Positions 46,881-56,210 are shown, counted from the first letter of the stretch. The stretch: DNA of 64,000 nucleotides from Roseovarius sp. (GCF_048262375.1 NZ_JBLXFE010000017.1:581-64580), one strand, 5' to 3'. A program made the numbers and translations. The notes: generated by a model not told the origin, from the sequence alone.

Positions 46881-47826
46881 CAGGCGCTTTTGCCGCCGCA
46901 GGATCTGGCTTGGGCCAGCGTCGCTTCATACAGACCCATTCGCCCGGATATTCGCGGATCCAGCTTTCAAACAACGCATTCAATTGGCGGGTCAGATCAA
47001 GTATCCGCTCCGTGCGCGGGGCGTCCGGCGCGCTCGGGCTGAGCGGGGCCAATACCTCGATCCGATACCGACAGTTTGGCAAGCGCACTGCCCGGATGGG
47101 CACAAGGGTATAGCCCCGCTGGGCGAGCATGGCCGGCAAGGTGCTGGTGGGCGTCGGCACGCCGAACAACGGCACCATCTCTCCCTGATCAATCCGGGTA
47201 TCAAACGCGGCGCCAACAGAACGCCCCGCCGCCAGTTCCCGCATAAGCTCGCGCGCGCCCCCCGTGCTTGGCACAAGCGGGCCACCAAATGCGCGACGTC
47301 TGGCAAGAAAGAACTTATGTAGCCACGGATTGGGCTCTTGGGTGTAAATGACGGAAATCGTCAACCCATATTCCCGCCCGATCAGGTTGCACAGTTGCCA
47401 TGCGCCGACATGGGCCGTGGCAAAAACAATCGCCTCTTTGCGGTCAAAGGCGGCCTGAGCCTCTGGGTGGATCGAAAACTCCAGATGCCGCGCGCGTCGT
47501 CGCCACAGGCGACCGAGCAGAAACAACTCCGCCGCCGCAAGGCCGGTGGACCGAAAGATTTGCCGCACCACGTCCTCGCGCGCGGTTTCGCTGGCGTCTG
47601 GCAAAACAAAGGACACATTGCGCCGCACCACACGGCGCTTTTTCTCATTATAATAGCCAAACTTTCCCAGCAGACGCGAAAAGACCACGGCCGCCACCCG
47701 AAACGGGACGATCCGGGCAAATCCAAGCAAGAGATAGAAAACCGAAGCTTCCAGAAGCCAGACAGGGGTTTGGATCCAGCCAATCCGCTCAACCAGCCCC
47801 TTGGGCATCAAATAGTATTTGGCCAT
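46873..47826 (-). CDS. LpxL/HtrB-family lysophospholipid acyltransferase with a non-canonical HX4Q motif
   Basis: TAHVGAWQL, AFDTRIDQG, PLFG, TLPAMLA, WIREYPGEWVCMKRRW. Confidence 0.82.
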   Translation of the reverse strand: MAKYYLMPKGLVERIGWIQTPVWLLEASVFYLLLGFARIVPFRVAAVVFSRLLGKFGYYNEKKRRVVRRNVSFVLPDASETAREDVVRQIFRSTGLAAAELFLLGRLWRRRARHLEFSIHPEAQAAFDRKEAIVFATAHVGAWQLCNLIGREYGLTISVIYTQEPNPWLHKFFLARRRAFGGPLVPSTGGARELMRELAAGRSVGAAFDTRIDQGEMVPLFGVPTPTSTLPAMLAQRGYTLVPIRAVRLPNCRYRIEVLAPLSPSAPDAPRTERILDLTRQLNALFESWIREYPGEWVCMKRRWPKPDPAAAKAPDV

Positions 47827-47880
47827 AGCAGGATCCCATCCCGGATCGGCGGCGCGGATATGAGGTCACGCAGCCTGCGC

Positions 47881-48528
47881 CTAGTCTCGACCAGACCGCT
47901 CTGTCTTGGACGGGTATGTGCGGAATATCCAGTCCCAAAAGGGAGAGCTTACCCCATATCTGCCATCCTCATTCGAAAAGTGATGACGCATGTGGTAATG
48001 CTTGAGGAACTTCAGCAGGGGGTGACGCATCGGAAAATGGTGCGTCGCATAGTGGATGTAATCATAGACCAGATAACCGATGATGAAAAACCCGGTGAAC
48101 GGCTCGGCCCAAGGATAGGGCAGGACCGTGTAAAACAAGAGGTAAAGCACGGCAATGATCGGCAGCGCCCCGGCGGGCGGCATCAGCAGGCGGGTCTTGT
48201 CCTGCGGCGTGTCGTGGTGGACCCCGTGGAACAGATAGATAAACCGCTTGCCCGCGTCGGTCTTGGGCTCAAAATGGAACAGATAGCGGTGCAACAGATA
48301 CTCTGCCAGCGTCCATGTCGCCAAACCGGCCACCCCGATCAACAGCAGTCCGGAAAATCCGATCCCATGCACGCTAACCGCGCGCACCAACAGCCAGATC
48401 GCCACCGGGCCCCAGACCAGCAACGGAACGATCGGATGGACATGGCTCAGCTTTTCCAGAATTGGATTGTCGAACAAGCGCACCGACTCGTCGACACGGT
48501 GGGTGCGACTGGGCTGATGATTAGACAT
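47881..48528 (-). CDS. Fatty-acid hydroxylase superfamily, FA2H/Scs7-like sphingolipid alpha-hydroxylase (no cytochrome b5 domain)
   Basis: Four His boxes: EYLLHRYLFH, HGVHHD, YDYIHYATHH and HMRHH. Also RLLMPP and YGVSSPFWDWIFRT. Confidence 0.85.
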   Translation of the reverse strand: MSNHQPSRTHRVDESVRLFDNPILEKLSHVHPIVPLLVWGPVAIWLLVRAVSVHGIGFSGLLLIGVAGLATWTLAEYLLHRYLFHFEPKTDAGKRFIYLFHGVHHDTPQDKTRLLMPPAGALPIIAVLYLLFYTVLPYPWAEPFTGFFIIGYLVYDYIHYATHHFPMRHPLLKFLKHYHMRHHFSNEDGRYGVSSPFWDWIFRTYPSKTERSGRD

Positions 48529-48554
48529 GGGGGCACTCCTGATATGCGCCGAAC

Positions 48555-49523
48555 TTACCCGTCTTCATATACATCGGTCTTGGCCCGAAGAACAGTAGAC
48601 GGCCATATTTTGCTCGTACAAAGCCATTCTCCGGGCTTTGCCGTTATCCATTGCTCGAACTTTTCGTTGATCTGATTGGCGAGGTCAACCGCCTGATTGT
48701 CGCGGTCAAGGCCGGGGTCCCTGGGGACCAGCGGGGCATGGAAACGCACCCGAAACCGCGCCCCCGGCAAACGTTCTGCCTGCACTGGCACCAGCGGCAC
48801 GCCAGACCGCAGAGCCAGTCGGGCGGGCAGGATAGAGGTCTCTTTCCCCTCGCCAAAAAACGGGAGCGATTTGCCCCCTTCGATGCGCCTGTCAGTGATC
48901 ATCATCGGAGAACGGCCTGATTTCAACGCATCCATAAAGGCGCGCAGCCCGTCATCACGCGACACCAGATCGCATCCCAGAACGCTGCGATAGTTCAGCA
49001 TCAGCCGGTCGAGCCAAGGATTGGACAGCGGCGCGTACATCGCGCGCGCCGGAATGCCAAGCCGGGTAATCGCAAGCGCGATCACTTCCCAATTGGCCAA
49101 ATGCGCCGCAACAAACACCGCAGGTGGGTGCGGCGCAGTATAGGCGGGAATTTGCTCGAGTATTTCAATACTGATACAATTCCGCCGAATATCACCAATC
49201 TTGTGAAGATTGGGATACTCCGCCAAAACCGAGCCCGCATTGCCCCAGACCTCATCCGCGAGTCGGCTGATCTCAGCGGGGGATTTCTCTGGCAAAACAA
49301 GCGAGAGGTTGGCGCGCACATGCTGGGATCGCCGATAGGCGATTTTGCCAAAGAGCGTCCCAAGACGCCTCCCAAGCCCCGAGGCCCAAGCCAAGGGCAA
49401 AACCCTGAAAAGCCCCATGAACGTGGAGACAAGAACATAATCGACGAACCACAGGATGTTTCGAACGAAAGCATTGTTGAATGCTCTGTGACGTTGCGCA
49501 TTCGCGAGAATGAATTTGGCCAA
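48555..49523 (-). CDS. LpxL/HtrB-family lysophospholipid acyltransferase (canonical HX4E)
   Basis: AAHLANWEV, YAPLSNP, ITDRR, PFFG, LPARLA, WITAKPGEWL. Confidence 0.85.
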   Translation of the reverse strand: MAKFILANAQRHRAFNNAFVRNILWFVDYVLVSTFMGLFRVLPLAWASGLGRRLGTLFGKIAYRRSQHVRANLSLVLPEKSPAEISRLADEVWGNAGSVLAEYPNLHKIGDIRRNCISIEILEQIPAYTAPHPPAVFVAAHLANWEVIALAITRLGIPARAMYAPLSNPWLDRLMLNYRSVLGCDLVSRDDGLRAFMDALKSGRSPMMITDRRIEGGKSLPFFGEGKETSILPARLALRSGVPLVPVQAERLPGARFRVRFHAPLVPRDPGLDRDNQAVDLANQINEKFEQWITAKPGEWLCTSKIWPSTVLRAKTDVYEDG

Positions 49524-49761
49524 TGTGACTCGACTTCTTCATGTGCAGTGTGGATACTCGCCACGTTATTTGAGGCTAGGTGCTGGAATTGCAAGCAGTT
49601 TCCGTGATTTGTCCAGCCCGTGCGCCTCTGGGGTCAGGGATGGGTATGCGCCGCCACCTCAGGTTGCCGTCAGGGTGGGGCGTGGACAGTCTCATGGTAT
49701 CTGTTATCTGCCATCCGCGCATATCAAGGGCAGGATCCATTCACTGCAAGAAAGGCACTTC

Positions 49762-50913
49762 ATGTCAGTAGCAAAGTCTGATCGCAATCAGATCAGCTTG
49801 GTCGAAGCCAAGAGCGGTCAAACGATACAGGATTTCCTGCATCTGCCCGATCGCATTTACGCCAATGATCCGGCATGGATTGCGCCGCTGATGTTCGAGC
49901 AGAAAGAGCGCGTATTCAACAACAAGCCGCTGTTTGAGCATTGCGACGTCGCCTGCTGGGTGGCCTATCGGGATGGTGCGCCGGTGGGACGGATTACCGC
50001 GCAGCTTGACCAGCTTCAGCCGGAAGAGGACGGCGGCGGCAAGATCGGCTATTTCGGCATGTTCGAAGCCATTGATGACACCGCCGTATGCGACGCGCTG
50101 TTCGAGACCGCGCAAAACTGGCTGCGCACAAAAGGCGCGGCCTTTATGCGCGGGCCCTACAACCTGACGATCAACGAAGATCTCGGGCTCTTGGTCGAGA
50201 ATTTCGACGATCCCCCGTTTATCATGATGGGCCATGCGCCGCGCTATTATCAGCAGCGCTTTGAGGATCAGGGGCTGATAAAGATCAAGGATTTGCTTAC
50301 CTACAAGGTGCGCCCGGATTTTGTCGCCCCCGACGTCATGTTGAAACTGGCCGCGCGGGCCAGCCGGACGGTGACCATCCGGCCGCTCAATCCCAAGGCA
50401 AAAGCCGCCGATTTTGAGGCCATGCGTGATATCTTCAACGATGCATGGTCCGACAACTGGGGGTTTGTCCCCTTTACGCAGGCGGAATTCGCTGAAACTG
50501 CCAAGGTTCTATCTCTGCTCTTGTCCGATGATTACATTCAGTTTGCGGAAATCGACGGGCGGCCGGTGGCCTTTATCACCGCCTTCCCCAATGTCAACGA
50601 ATTGATCGGTGATCTGCGCGGTCGGCTCTTGCCGTTTGGCTGGGCGAAACTGCTCTGGCGGCTCAAGGTCAAAGGCCCCCGCAGCGCGCGCGTCGCCCTG
50701 ATGGGGGTGCGCAAGGAATACCAGAATTCGCGCCTTGGCCCGACCCTTGCCTTTCTGGTGATCGACGCCGTGCGCAAGGCCATGCAGCAAAGAAACGTCA
50801 CGTCGGTCGAGATGGGCTGGATACTAGAAGATAATCATGGCATGCGACACATCATCGAAGCAATCGGCAGCACGATCTACAAGCGCTATCGCGTTTACCA
50901 AAAACCATTGTAG
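49762..50913 (+). CDS. Bacterial ceramide synthase-like GNAT N-acyltransferase (bCerS-like)
   Basis: IYANDPAWIAPL, VGRITAQ, GYFGMFE, MRGPYNLTINE.LGLLVENFDDPPFIMMGHAPRYY, FNDAWSDNWGFVPF, MGVRKEYQ, EMGWILEDN and YKRYRVY, the pattern I recognise for this family. Start at ATG 49762. Confidence 0.82.
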   Translation: MSVAKSDRNQISLVEAKSGQTIQDFLHLPDRIYANDPAWIAPLMFEQKERVFNNKPLFEHCDVACWVAYRDGAPVGRITAQLDQLQPEEDGGGKIGYFGMFEAIDDTAVCDALFETAQNWLRTKGAAFMRGPYNLTINEDLGLLVENFDDPPFIMMGHAPRYYQQRFEDQGLIKIKDLLTYKVRPDFVAPDVMLKLAARASRTVTIRPLNPKAKAADFEAMRDIFNDAWSDNWGFVPFTQAEFAETAKVLSLLLSDDYIQFAEIDGRPVAFITAFPNVNELIGDLRGRLLPFGWAKLLWRLKVKGPRSARVALMGVRKEYQNSRLGPTLAFLVIDAVRKAMQQRNVTSVEMGWILEDNHGMRHIIEAIGSTIYKRYRVYQKPL

Positions 50914-50961
50914 ACCGGCCGAGAGCAGATCAGGAAATCAAGGCGCTGAGAAAGTGAGACC

Positions 50962-51783
50962 GTGAAAGACTTTACTTCCGTAATTCTCGCTGGTGAGCGG
51001 GCAGACCGTGATGCTCTGCGTGATGAAACCGGCGTGGCCTGCAAGGCGCTGCTTGACATAGATGGAACGATCATGATCCGCCGCGTGATAAACGCGCTCG
51101 AGCAGGCCTCCTCTATTGCCTCGATCCACCTGAGCGGCCCCACCGAAGCCTGCGTCAAAAGCGATGCCGGGCTGACGGAACTCATGGCGCAGAACCGGGT
51201 GGACTGGACCGCTCCCGGTGTCTCTCCCAGCACCAGCGCGCATGAGATGCTCAGCCGGTTTCCCGCAACACAGCCGGTGTTGATCACCACCGCCGACCAT
51301 CCTTTGCTGACGGGTGAAATTGTCGATCACTTCTGCCGTGGCAGCGCCAAGAGCGGCTGTGACGTGGTGATCGGTCTGGCCCCCTATGATCTGGTCAGAG
51401 ATACCTATCCCGACCTGAAGAAAACTGTGCTTCAGTTCCGTGACGGTGGCTATTGCGGCTGCAACCTCTTCGCCTTCATGACGCAAGAAGGGCGTGGCGT
51501 GGCCGATTTCTGGCGACGTGTCGAAAAGGACCGTAAAAAGCCGCTCGTGGTGATCCGGCTCTTGGGGCTCTGGGCCTTGCTGCGCTACAGGCTTGGCTGG
51601 CTCAGTCTCGATCAGGCGCTTGCGGGCCTGTCCCGCCGCGTCGGCCTGCGCATTGGCGTCGTGATCCTGCCCTTTGCGCATGCCTCAGTGGATGTGGATT
51701 CGGTGTCTGACTATCTGCTGGTGCAACGCTACAGCAAGGAGGCGGCAGAGCGTAGCAAAGCCGAGTCCAGCCCCGCGGGCTAA
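50962..51783 (+). CDS. MobA-like NTP transferase (CpgD-like cytidylyltransferase candidate)
   Basis: VILAGER, KALLDIDG, ITTADHPLL, GCNLFAF and VDVDS. Directly follows the bCerS-like gene. Confidence 0.78.
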   Translation: MKDFTSVILAGERADRDALRDETGVACKALLDIDGTIMIRRVINALEQASSIASIHLSGPTEACVKSDAGLTELMAQNRVDWTAPGVSPSTSAHEMLSRFPATQPVLITTADHPLLTGEIVDHFCRGSAKSGCDVVIGLAPYDLVRDTYPDLKKTVLQFRDGGYCGCNLFAFMTQEGRGVADFWRRVEKDRKKPLVVIRLLGLWALLRYRLGWLSLDQALAGLSRRVGLRIGVVILPFAHASVDVDSVSDYLLVQRYSKEAAERSKAESSPAG

Positions 51784-51819
51784 GCCCTTGAGTGGGCAAG
51801 GGGCAATGACGTGCCCGGC

Positions 51820-52794
51820 TCAGCCGCCACTGTAGCCAAAGACCGGGTCAAGCACGTCCTCGACCATCCTATCAACCACGCGCAATTGCTCGGGTGTGAA
51901 ATAGTCGCGATAACCGCCGACCTTGCCGCGCCGCACTTTGAACGAGTCGGGATTGCTCTCGTCGCCCGGCTTGACCCGTTGACCGCTGGCCCGCATCCCC
52001 TCGTTTTTTGCCTCGCGTTTTTTCATATTCTCATAGGCGGCATAGTCCTTGGCCGCTTCGATATGGGCGGGGTCCGGTGTGGTGCCGGTGAATGTCACCA
52101 CTTGGCGCAGAACCTCTGCCGGATCGCTGCGCAAATCCTCATAGCGCACCACCAGCACGTCATCCCCCAACTCTGGCACTGACCGGGCCCAGACGTTGAA
52201 CGCCTCGACAATGCGCGGGATGCCGCAATCGGGATTGCACACGAAATCAAAAATATCGACCTCGGTGCCATGCGGCGGATAGGAATTCAGCGCCTTTTTC
52301 CGGGGCAACATGCGATAACGCCATTGAAAATACTGCGACACCGCGACATCGCGCGGATCACGCACCAACAGCACCAGCTTCTTGCCGCGATAATACGCAA
52401 GATTGTCCCATTGGCCGAGATAATCACGGATGTAATTGTTATGACTGAACAATACCTTCGGCGCATTTGGATTGAGCCGGTGAAAATTGTCGAACTCCAG
52501 CATATACTCGGTGTCGAGGTTGAAATGCAGCTGATAGAACCGCGACAGCATGACCCGGAACCATGTGCGTCCGCTCTTGCCCCATGACACCAGCGCCCAG
52601 TCCGCCTGTTGCAGCTTGGCATATTCCTGTTTGCCGCGCAGACGACGTTCCAGAGAGATCTTCTTGGCCTTGGGCAAGAAGAACAGAGCTGTGAGTGTCA
52701 GGTGACGCGAGGCCACCTCCCATATCTCGCGGTAGGATGTGTTGGTCATATTCAGGCAATCCAGTAAGGGATCAGGGTTTCGTGCCTTGCTCAT
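51820..52794 (-). CDS. PAPS-dependent sulfotransferase (Sulfotransfer_1 family), paralog 1
   Basis: 5'-PSB SWGKSGRTW, 3'-PB VRDPRDVAVS, RYEDL, YENMKKRE and RRGKVGGYRDYF. Start chosen at ATG 52794 by alignment with paralog 2. Confidence 0.9.
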   Translation of the reverse strand: MSKARNPDPLLDCLNMTNTSYREIWEVASRHLTLTALFFLPKAKKISLERRLRGKQEYAKLQQADWALVSWGKSGRTWFRVMLSRFYQLHFNLDTEYMLEFDNFHRLNPNAPKVLFSHNNYIRDYLGQWDNLAYYRGKKLVLLVRDPRDVAVSQYFQWRYRMLPRKKALNSYPPHGTEVDIFDFVCNPDCGIPRIVEAFNVWARSVPELGDDVLVVRYEDLRSDPAEVLRQVVTFTGTTPDPAHIEAAKDYAAYENMKKREAKNEGMRASGQRVKPGDESNPDSFKVRRGKVGGYRDYFTPEQLRVVDRMVEDVLDPVFGYSGG

Positions 52795-52866
52795 AGAGGG
52801 TATCGCTCGGTCTTTGTATGGGTAATTTTGTCCGGATGGGGTACAGGTGCCAGTCTGTGACATGGA

Positions 52867-54000
52867 ATGTGCAACATCGCGCGCAGAGAAAGGGAATCGT
52901 CGTTGGATCACAACAACGCATCGCCACATGGCAGGGTCTGGTGCCTTCTGGGGCGCAAGGCGGGTGACAATACGCAGGTGCTGGCACTGGCCGAGGCTTT
53001 GGGATGGCCGTTTGAGAGCAAGACGATCCTTGCCCGCAGCTGGGAATTGCTGCCGCATCTCGTGTTGGGGGCCACCCTCATGGGCATCAACCGGCAGACC
53101 TCCAGCGCATTGGCCCCGCCTTGGCCGGATTTGGTGATCAGCGCCGGACGCCGCAACGAACCCGTGGCACGGTGGATTCGTCAGCAATCGGGTGGCCTCA
53201 CGCGCCTTGTGCATATCGGCCGTCCTTGGGCGCCGCCTGAGTGTTATGACCTGATTGTCAGCACGCCACAGTATTTCCTGACACCGGGGCCCAAGGTGCT
53301 GATCAATCCGCTGCCCATGCACCAGTTTACCCGCGCAGGCGTGGATGCGGCTGCACAGAAGGCGTCACCCGGCCTTGCACATCTGCCGCGCCCTTTTACC
53401 ACCGTGCTGATTGGCGGCGATAGCGGCCCCTTCGTGTTTACCGCTGAAAAAGGCCGTCGTCTGGCCGAAGGCATCAACCGCCTGGTGCGCCAAACCGGTG
53501 GGACGGCTTTGGTCACCGGTAGCCCCCGCACACCTCGCGCTGTGGCAGAGGCGGTGCGCGCGACCCTCAATGTTCCCGCCGAAACCTATTGGTGGCATCA
53601 GCGCGACACCACAAACGCCAATCCCTATTCCGCCTTTCTTGGCTTGGCGGACCGGTTCGTCGTGACCGGAGAAAGCATGTCGATGCTGGCAGAGGCCGCA
53701 AGCCTTGGGCGGCCGCTCTATCTCTTTGATCCCAGCGACCCTCCGGGATGCTGGGCATGCTCTGCGCATAATTTCCGCCACAAGCCGCTCAGTCACGCCT
53801 TGGCCATGCGCTTTGCGCCGGTCCGCATGCGCCGCGACATTTCACGGATACAGAATGCGCTGGTGCAAGAGGGGCGCGCCCGCTGGATCGAGAATGCCCC
53901 TGACCTCATCGCGCAGGGGGAGACTTGGACAGAAAAAATGCGCTCCGGCCCATTGGACGGAGCGCATAAAGCGGCGGCACGGGTCCGCGCACTGTTCTAA
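52867..54000 (+). CDS. ELM1/GtrOC1-family putative glycosyltransferase (paralog 2)
   Basis: RKAGDNTQVLALAEALG, AGRRNEP, VSTPQY, IGGDSG, TGSPRTP, NPYSAFLGLADRFVVTGESMSMLAEA. TTG 52903 is an alternative start. Confidence 0.8.
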   Translation: MCNIARRERESSLDHNNASPHGRVWCLLGRKAGDNTQVLALAEALGWPFESKTILARSWELLPHLVLGATLMGINRQTSSALAPPWPDLVISAGRRNEPVARWIRQQSGGLTRLVHIGRPWAPPECYDLIVSTPQYFLTPGPKVLINPLPMHQFTRAGVDAAAQKASPGLAHLPRPFTTVLIGGDSGPFVFTAEKGRRLAEGINRLVRQTGGTALVTGSPRTPRAVAEAVRATLNVPAETYWWHQRDTTNANPYSAFLGLADRFVVTGESMSMLAEAASLGRPLYLFDPSDPPGCWACSAHNFRHKPLSHALAMRFAPVRMRRDISRIQNALVQEGRARWIENAPDLIAQGETWTEKMRSGPLDGAHKAAARVRALF

Positions 54001-54002
54001 CC

Positions 54003-54023
54003 GGCGCGGCCTTGGGCCGCGCC
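54003..54023. terminator. Bidirectional hairpin between convergent genes
   Basis: GGCGCGGCC-TTG-GGCCGCGCC. Confidence 0.6.
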
Positions 54024-54032
54024 ATATATCAC

Positions 54033-54983
54033 TCAGGCCGCGCGGGCGAGATTGCCGGTGCTCAGGGGATGCGCCGGGGCAGGGGGCAGGCTGGGCACGC
54101 GCGCCAGCACTTCAAGCGCATCGTGGCGGACATGGTTTTCTTCCATTTCCTTGCGCAGGAACTCTTCCGTGAGCTTGCCTTGCTCAACACATTCCTTGAC
54201 CAGACCCCAGAAGAAATTCTCCTGGTTCTTGTCCGGATGCTCTTTGTAATTGCCCATCAGGCCATACTCGCCGAAAATCTTGCGGCGCAAGCGTAGAATC
54301 CAAGCGGCTGGCGGGAACAGGCGGAACCGCTCTGCGGGGCGCCAATCCACCGGCAGGCCGGTTTTCCACGGCTGCGTCTTGCGGCGGGTGGTATGCAGCA
54401 TTTTGGTGTCGGTGGTGAATTTATCGAAATCATTCCATTCGGTTTCAATAAATTCGAGAGTTTCAGGGTTTTCGTCGCGCAGACCAATCCAGCGCGAATA
54501 GTCGTGATCGCCGTCGAACATGGCGTTGAATTGCTCTTCAACCTTCCAATGCTTCAACTGCGCGCAATCGAGCAGCATTACAGAGCTGGCATAGGCCTTG
54601 TCGATCAGGCCCTTGGTGCCAGAGCGCATGCGCGCCATGACGGCCTTGCCCTTCATGTCGCGGCTCAGCAATTCCCAGATGTCGGCGCAGGCAAACACGT
54701 CCGGGTCAATGACCACGGCGCGGCCTTCATAGCCCATCAGTTCGGGGGGCATAAAGCGGGTCGGGGTAAAGGATTGAAGATCCTCGTTCAGCCAGACGCG
54801 CTTGACGCCGTCGCGCATATATTCCTGACCTTCGCGGGCCATGAAGAACGGGTAATTCCGGCTGTTGACTATATGCACGTCAAATTTATCATTATTGGTA
54901 GAGTAGCGGCGCAGCGCATGTTCTGCGACAATGGCGCCGACGATCTGCTTGTGGTTCGTCTGGATGAATACTGCGTGTTTCAT
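54033..54983 (-). CDS. GT-A-fold nucleotide-diphospho-sugar transferase (GT8/CDI-like)
   Basis: SFTPTRFMPP, AVVIDPDVF (DxD), SSVMLLDC, EWNDFD and HTTRRKTQPWK. Confidence 0.72.
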   Translation of the reverse strand: MKHAVFIQTNHKQIVGAIVAEHALRRYSTNNDKFDVHIVNSRNYPFFMAREGQEYMRDGVKRVWLNEDLQSFTPTRFMPPELMGYEGRAVVIDPDVFACADIWELLSRDMKGKAVMARMRSGTKGLIDKAYASSVMLLDCAQLKHWKVEEQFNAMFDGDHDYSRWIGLRDENPETLEFIETEWNDFDKFTTDTKMLHTTRRKTQPWKTGLPVDWRPAERFRLFPPAAWILRLRRKIFGEYGLMGNYKEHPDKNQENFFWGLVKECVEQGKLTEEFLRKEMEENHVRHDALEVLARVPSLPPAPAHPLSTGNLARAA

Positions 54984-55173
54984 GGTGGGGGATCCGCAAC
55001 CTCGGTTTTTTTGTTCTGAGCGGCTCTATACAGGAGTTTTTTCTGAGACGCCATGTCCAGAAACACAATTAAAACTGTCGTGTATTGATCTGGATCAGAG
55101 ATTGGGCCGAATGCTACGCTTTTGTAACCAAAACGTGGCCTGATACGCGGGTTCCCGCCCATGCACAGGGCCT

Positions 55174-56133
55174 TTAGCGAAACACCCCGCGCCGGTAGAG
55201 ATGGCGCATGAATCCCCAGATATGGATCAGTGGACGCCGGCGGACCTTATCGGGGATTTCAACCACCTGCCCGGAATGACGCGAGAGTTTCCACGCAAGG
55301 TAATCCAGCCCGCCCTCAAAGGTGAACAGCCCCTTGATCAACCGCGCCACCGAGAGCGCCTTGCCCTGAATGCGTCGCACCGCCCATAGCGCCGGGGCCA
55401 GACGACGTGCCCAAACTCCGGCGCGGCTGTGGTAAACCAGCGTGCCGTCACGCTCTTCAATCTGCAGAACGCCACCAAGGCGCGGCAACAGTCCCCGCGT
55501 CAGAGATTCGAAAAACGCGCGCCCATGTCCCGCCAGTTCAGCGGCCCGGCCCTGCCGCTCGGCGCGCAATTCGGTGGCATAGCTCAACGCCAGCGCACCT
55601 TGCCATAAATCATCGAGCCCGCCTTCGGGGGGCAATGCCGGAACCGCGCGGCGCAAGAGGGTTTCTCCCGCCTGAAAAAATGCCGCGTGCAAACGCTGCC
55701 GGGTCGCCTCAGAGTCGCACCAGACCGGTTTGACCGGCTGTGCGAACCGCCCCCAAAGATACGAGTGAAACCAGCCGGGGCCAGTGCCGCGCTCAAATTG
55801 CGACAGGCTGAGCACCGCGTATTTGCAACGCACCGTCTGAGAACCCAGTGAAGTTTCCAGATAATAGACATTCGGCGGCAGCAACCGCCCCCCGAGACGC
55901 AGCCAAAGCCGCGGCTCGGCACGGGGTGTGCTCTCGACCAAGACATAGAAATCAACCAACCCTTCCATTAGCTCGGTGCTGCGCAGACAGGACCCATACA
56001 GAATCACGGCCTGCAATCCAGCCCCAAACCGGCATTCCAACGCGGTCATCAACGCGCGCAGCGCCGGAGAACTCTCCAGCGTGGGGCCTTCGGGGGTAGG
56101 ATATTCAGCCGGAAAGGGCTGCACGCCGGTCAT
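55174..56133 (-). CDS. Tam41/Mmp37-like nucleotidyltransferase (CDP-lipid synthase candidate; CpgC-like)
   Basis: AVILYGSC...GLVDFYVLV (Pol-beta-type NTase motif), PPNVYY, KYAV, WGRFAQP, SYATELRAE and FTFEGGLDYLAWKLSRHSG. Directly downstream of the DAGK gene. Confidence 0.7.
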   Translation of the reverse strand: MTGVQPFPAEYPTPEGPTLESSPALRALMTALECRFGAGLQAVILYGSCLRSTELMEGLVDFYVLVESTPRAEPRLWLRLGGRLLPPNVYYLETSLGSQTVRCKYAVLSLSQFERGTGPGWFHSYLWGRFAQPVKPVWCDSEATRQRLHAAFFQAGETLLRRAVPALPPEGGLDDLWQGALALSYATELRAERQGRAAELAGHGRAFFESLTRGLLPRLGGVLQIEERDGTLVYHSRAGVWARRLAPALWAVRRIQGKALSVARLIKGLFTFEGGLDYLAWKLSRHSGQVVEIPDKVRRRPLIHIWGFMRHLYRRGVFR

Positions 56134-56210
56134 GGATCAGATACGCCTCGAATGAATACTCTGCTGCCCGTGTTATATGCCCGCGCCACCGGGGCAAACA
56201 AGCGCTGCGC

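Noticed and set aside
46873-49523. Treating the two LpxL genes as the housekeeping lipid A acyltransferases
   Set aside because: They are duplicated, flank a sphingolipid-type hydroxylase and lie in an accessory cluster with no lpx/kds genes. A lipid A role is not excluded, so it is kept as the refuting alternative.
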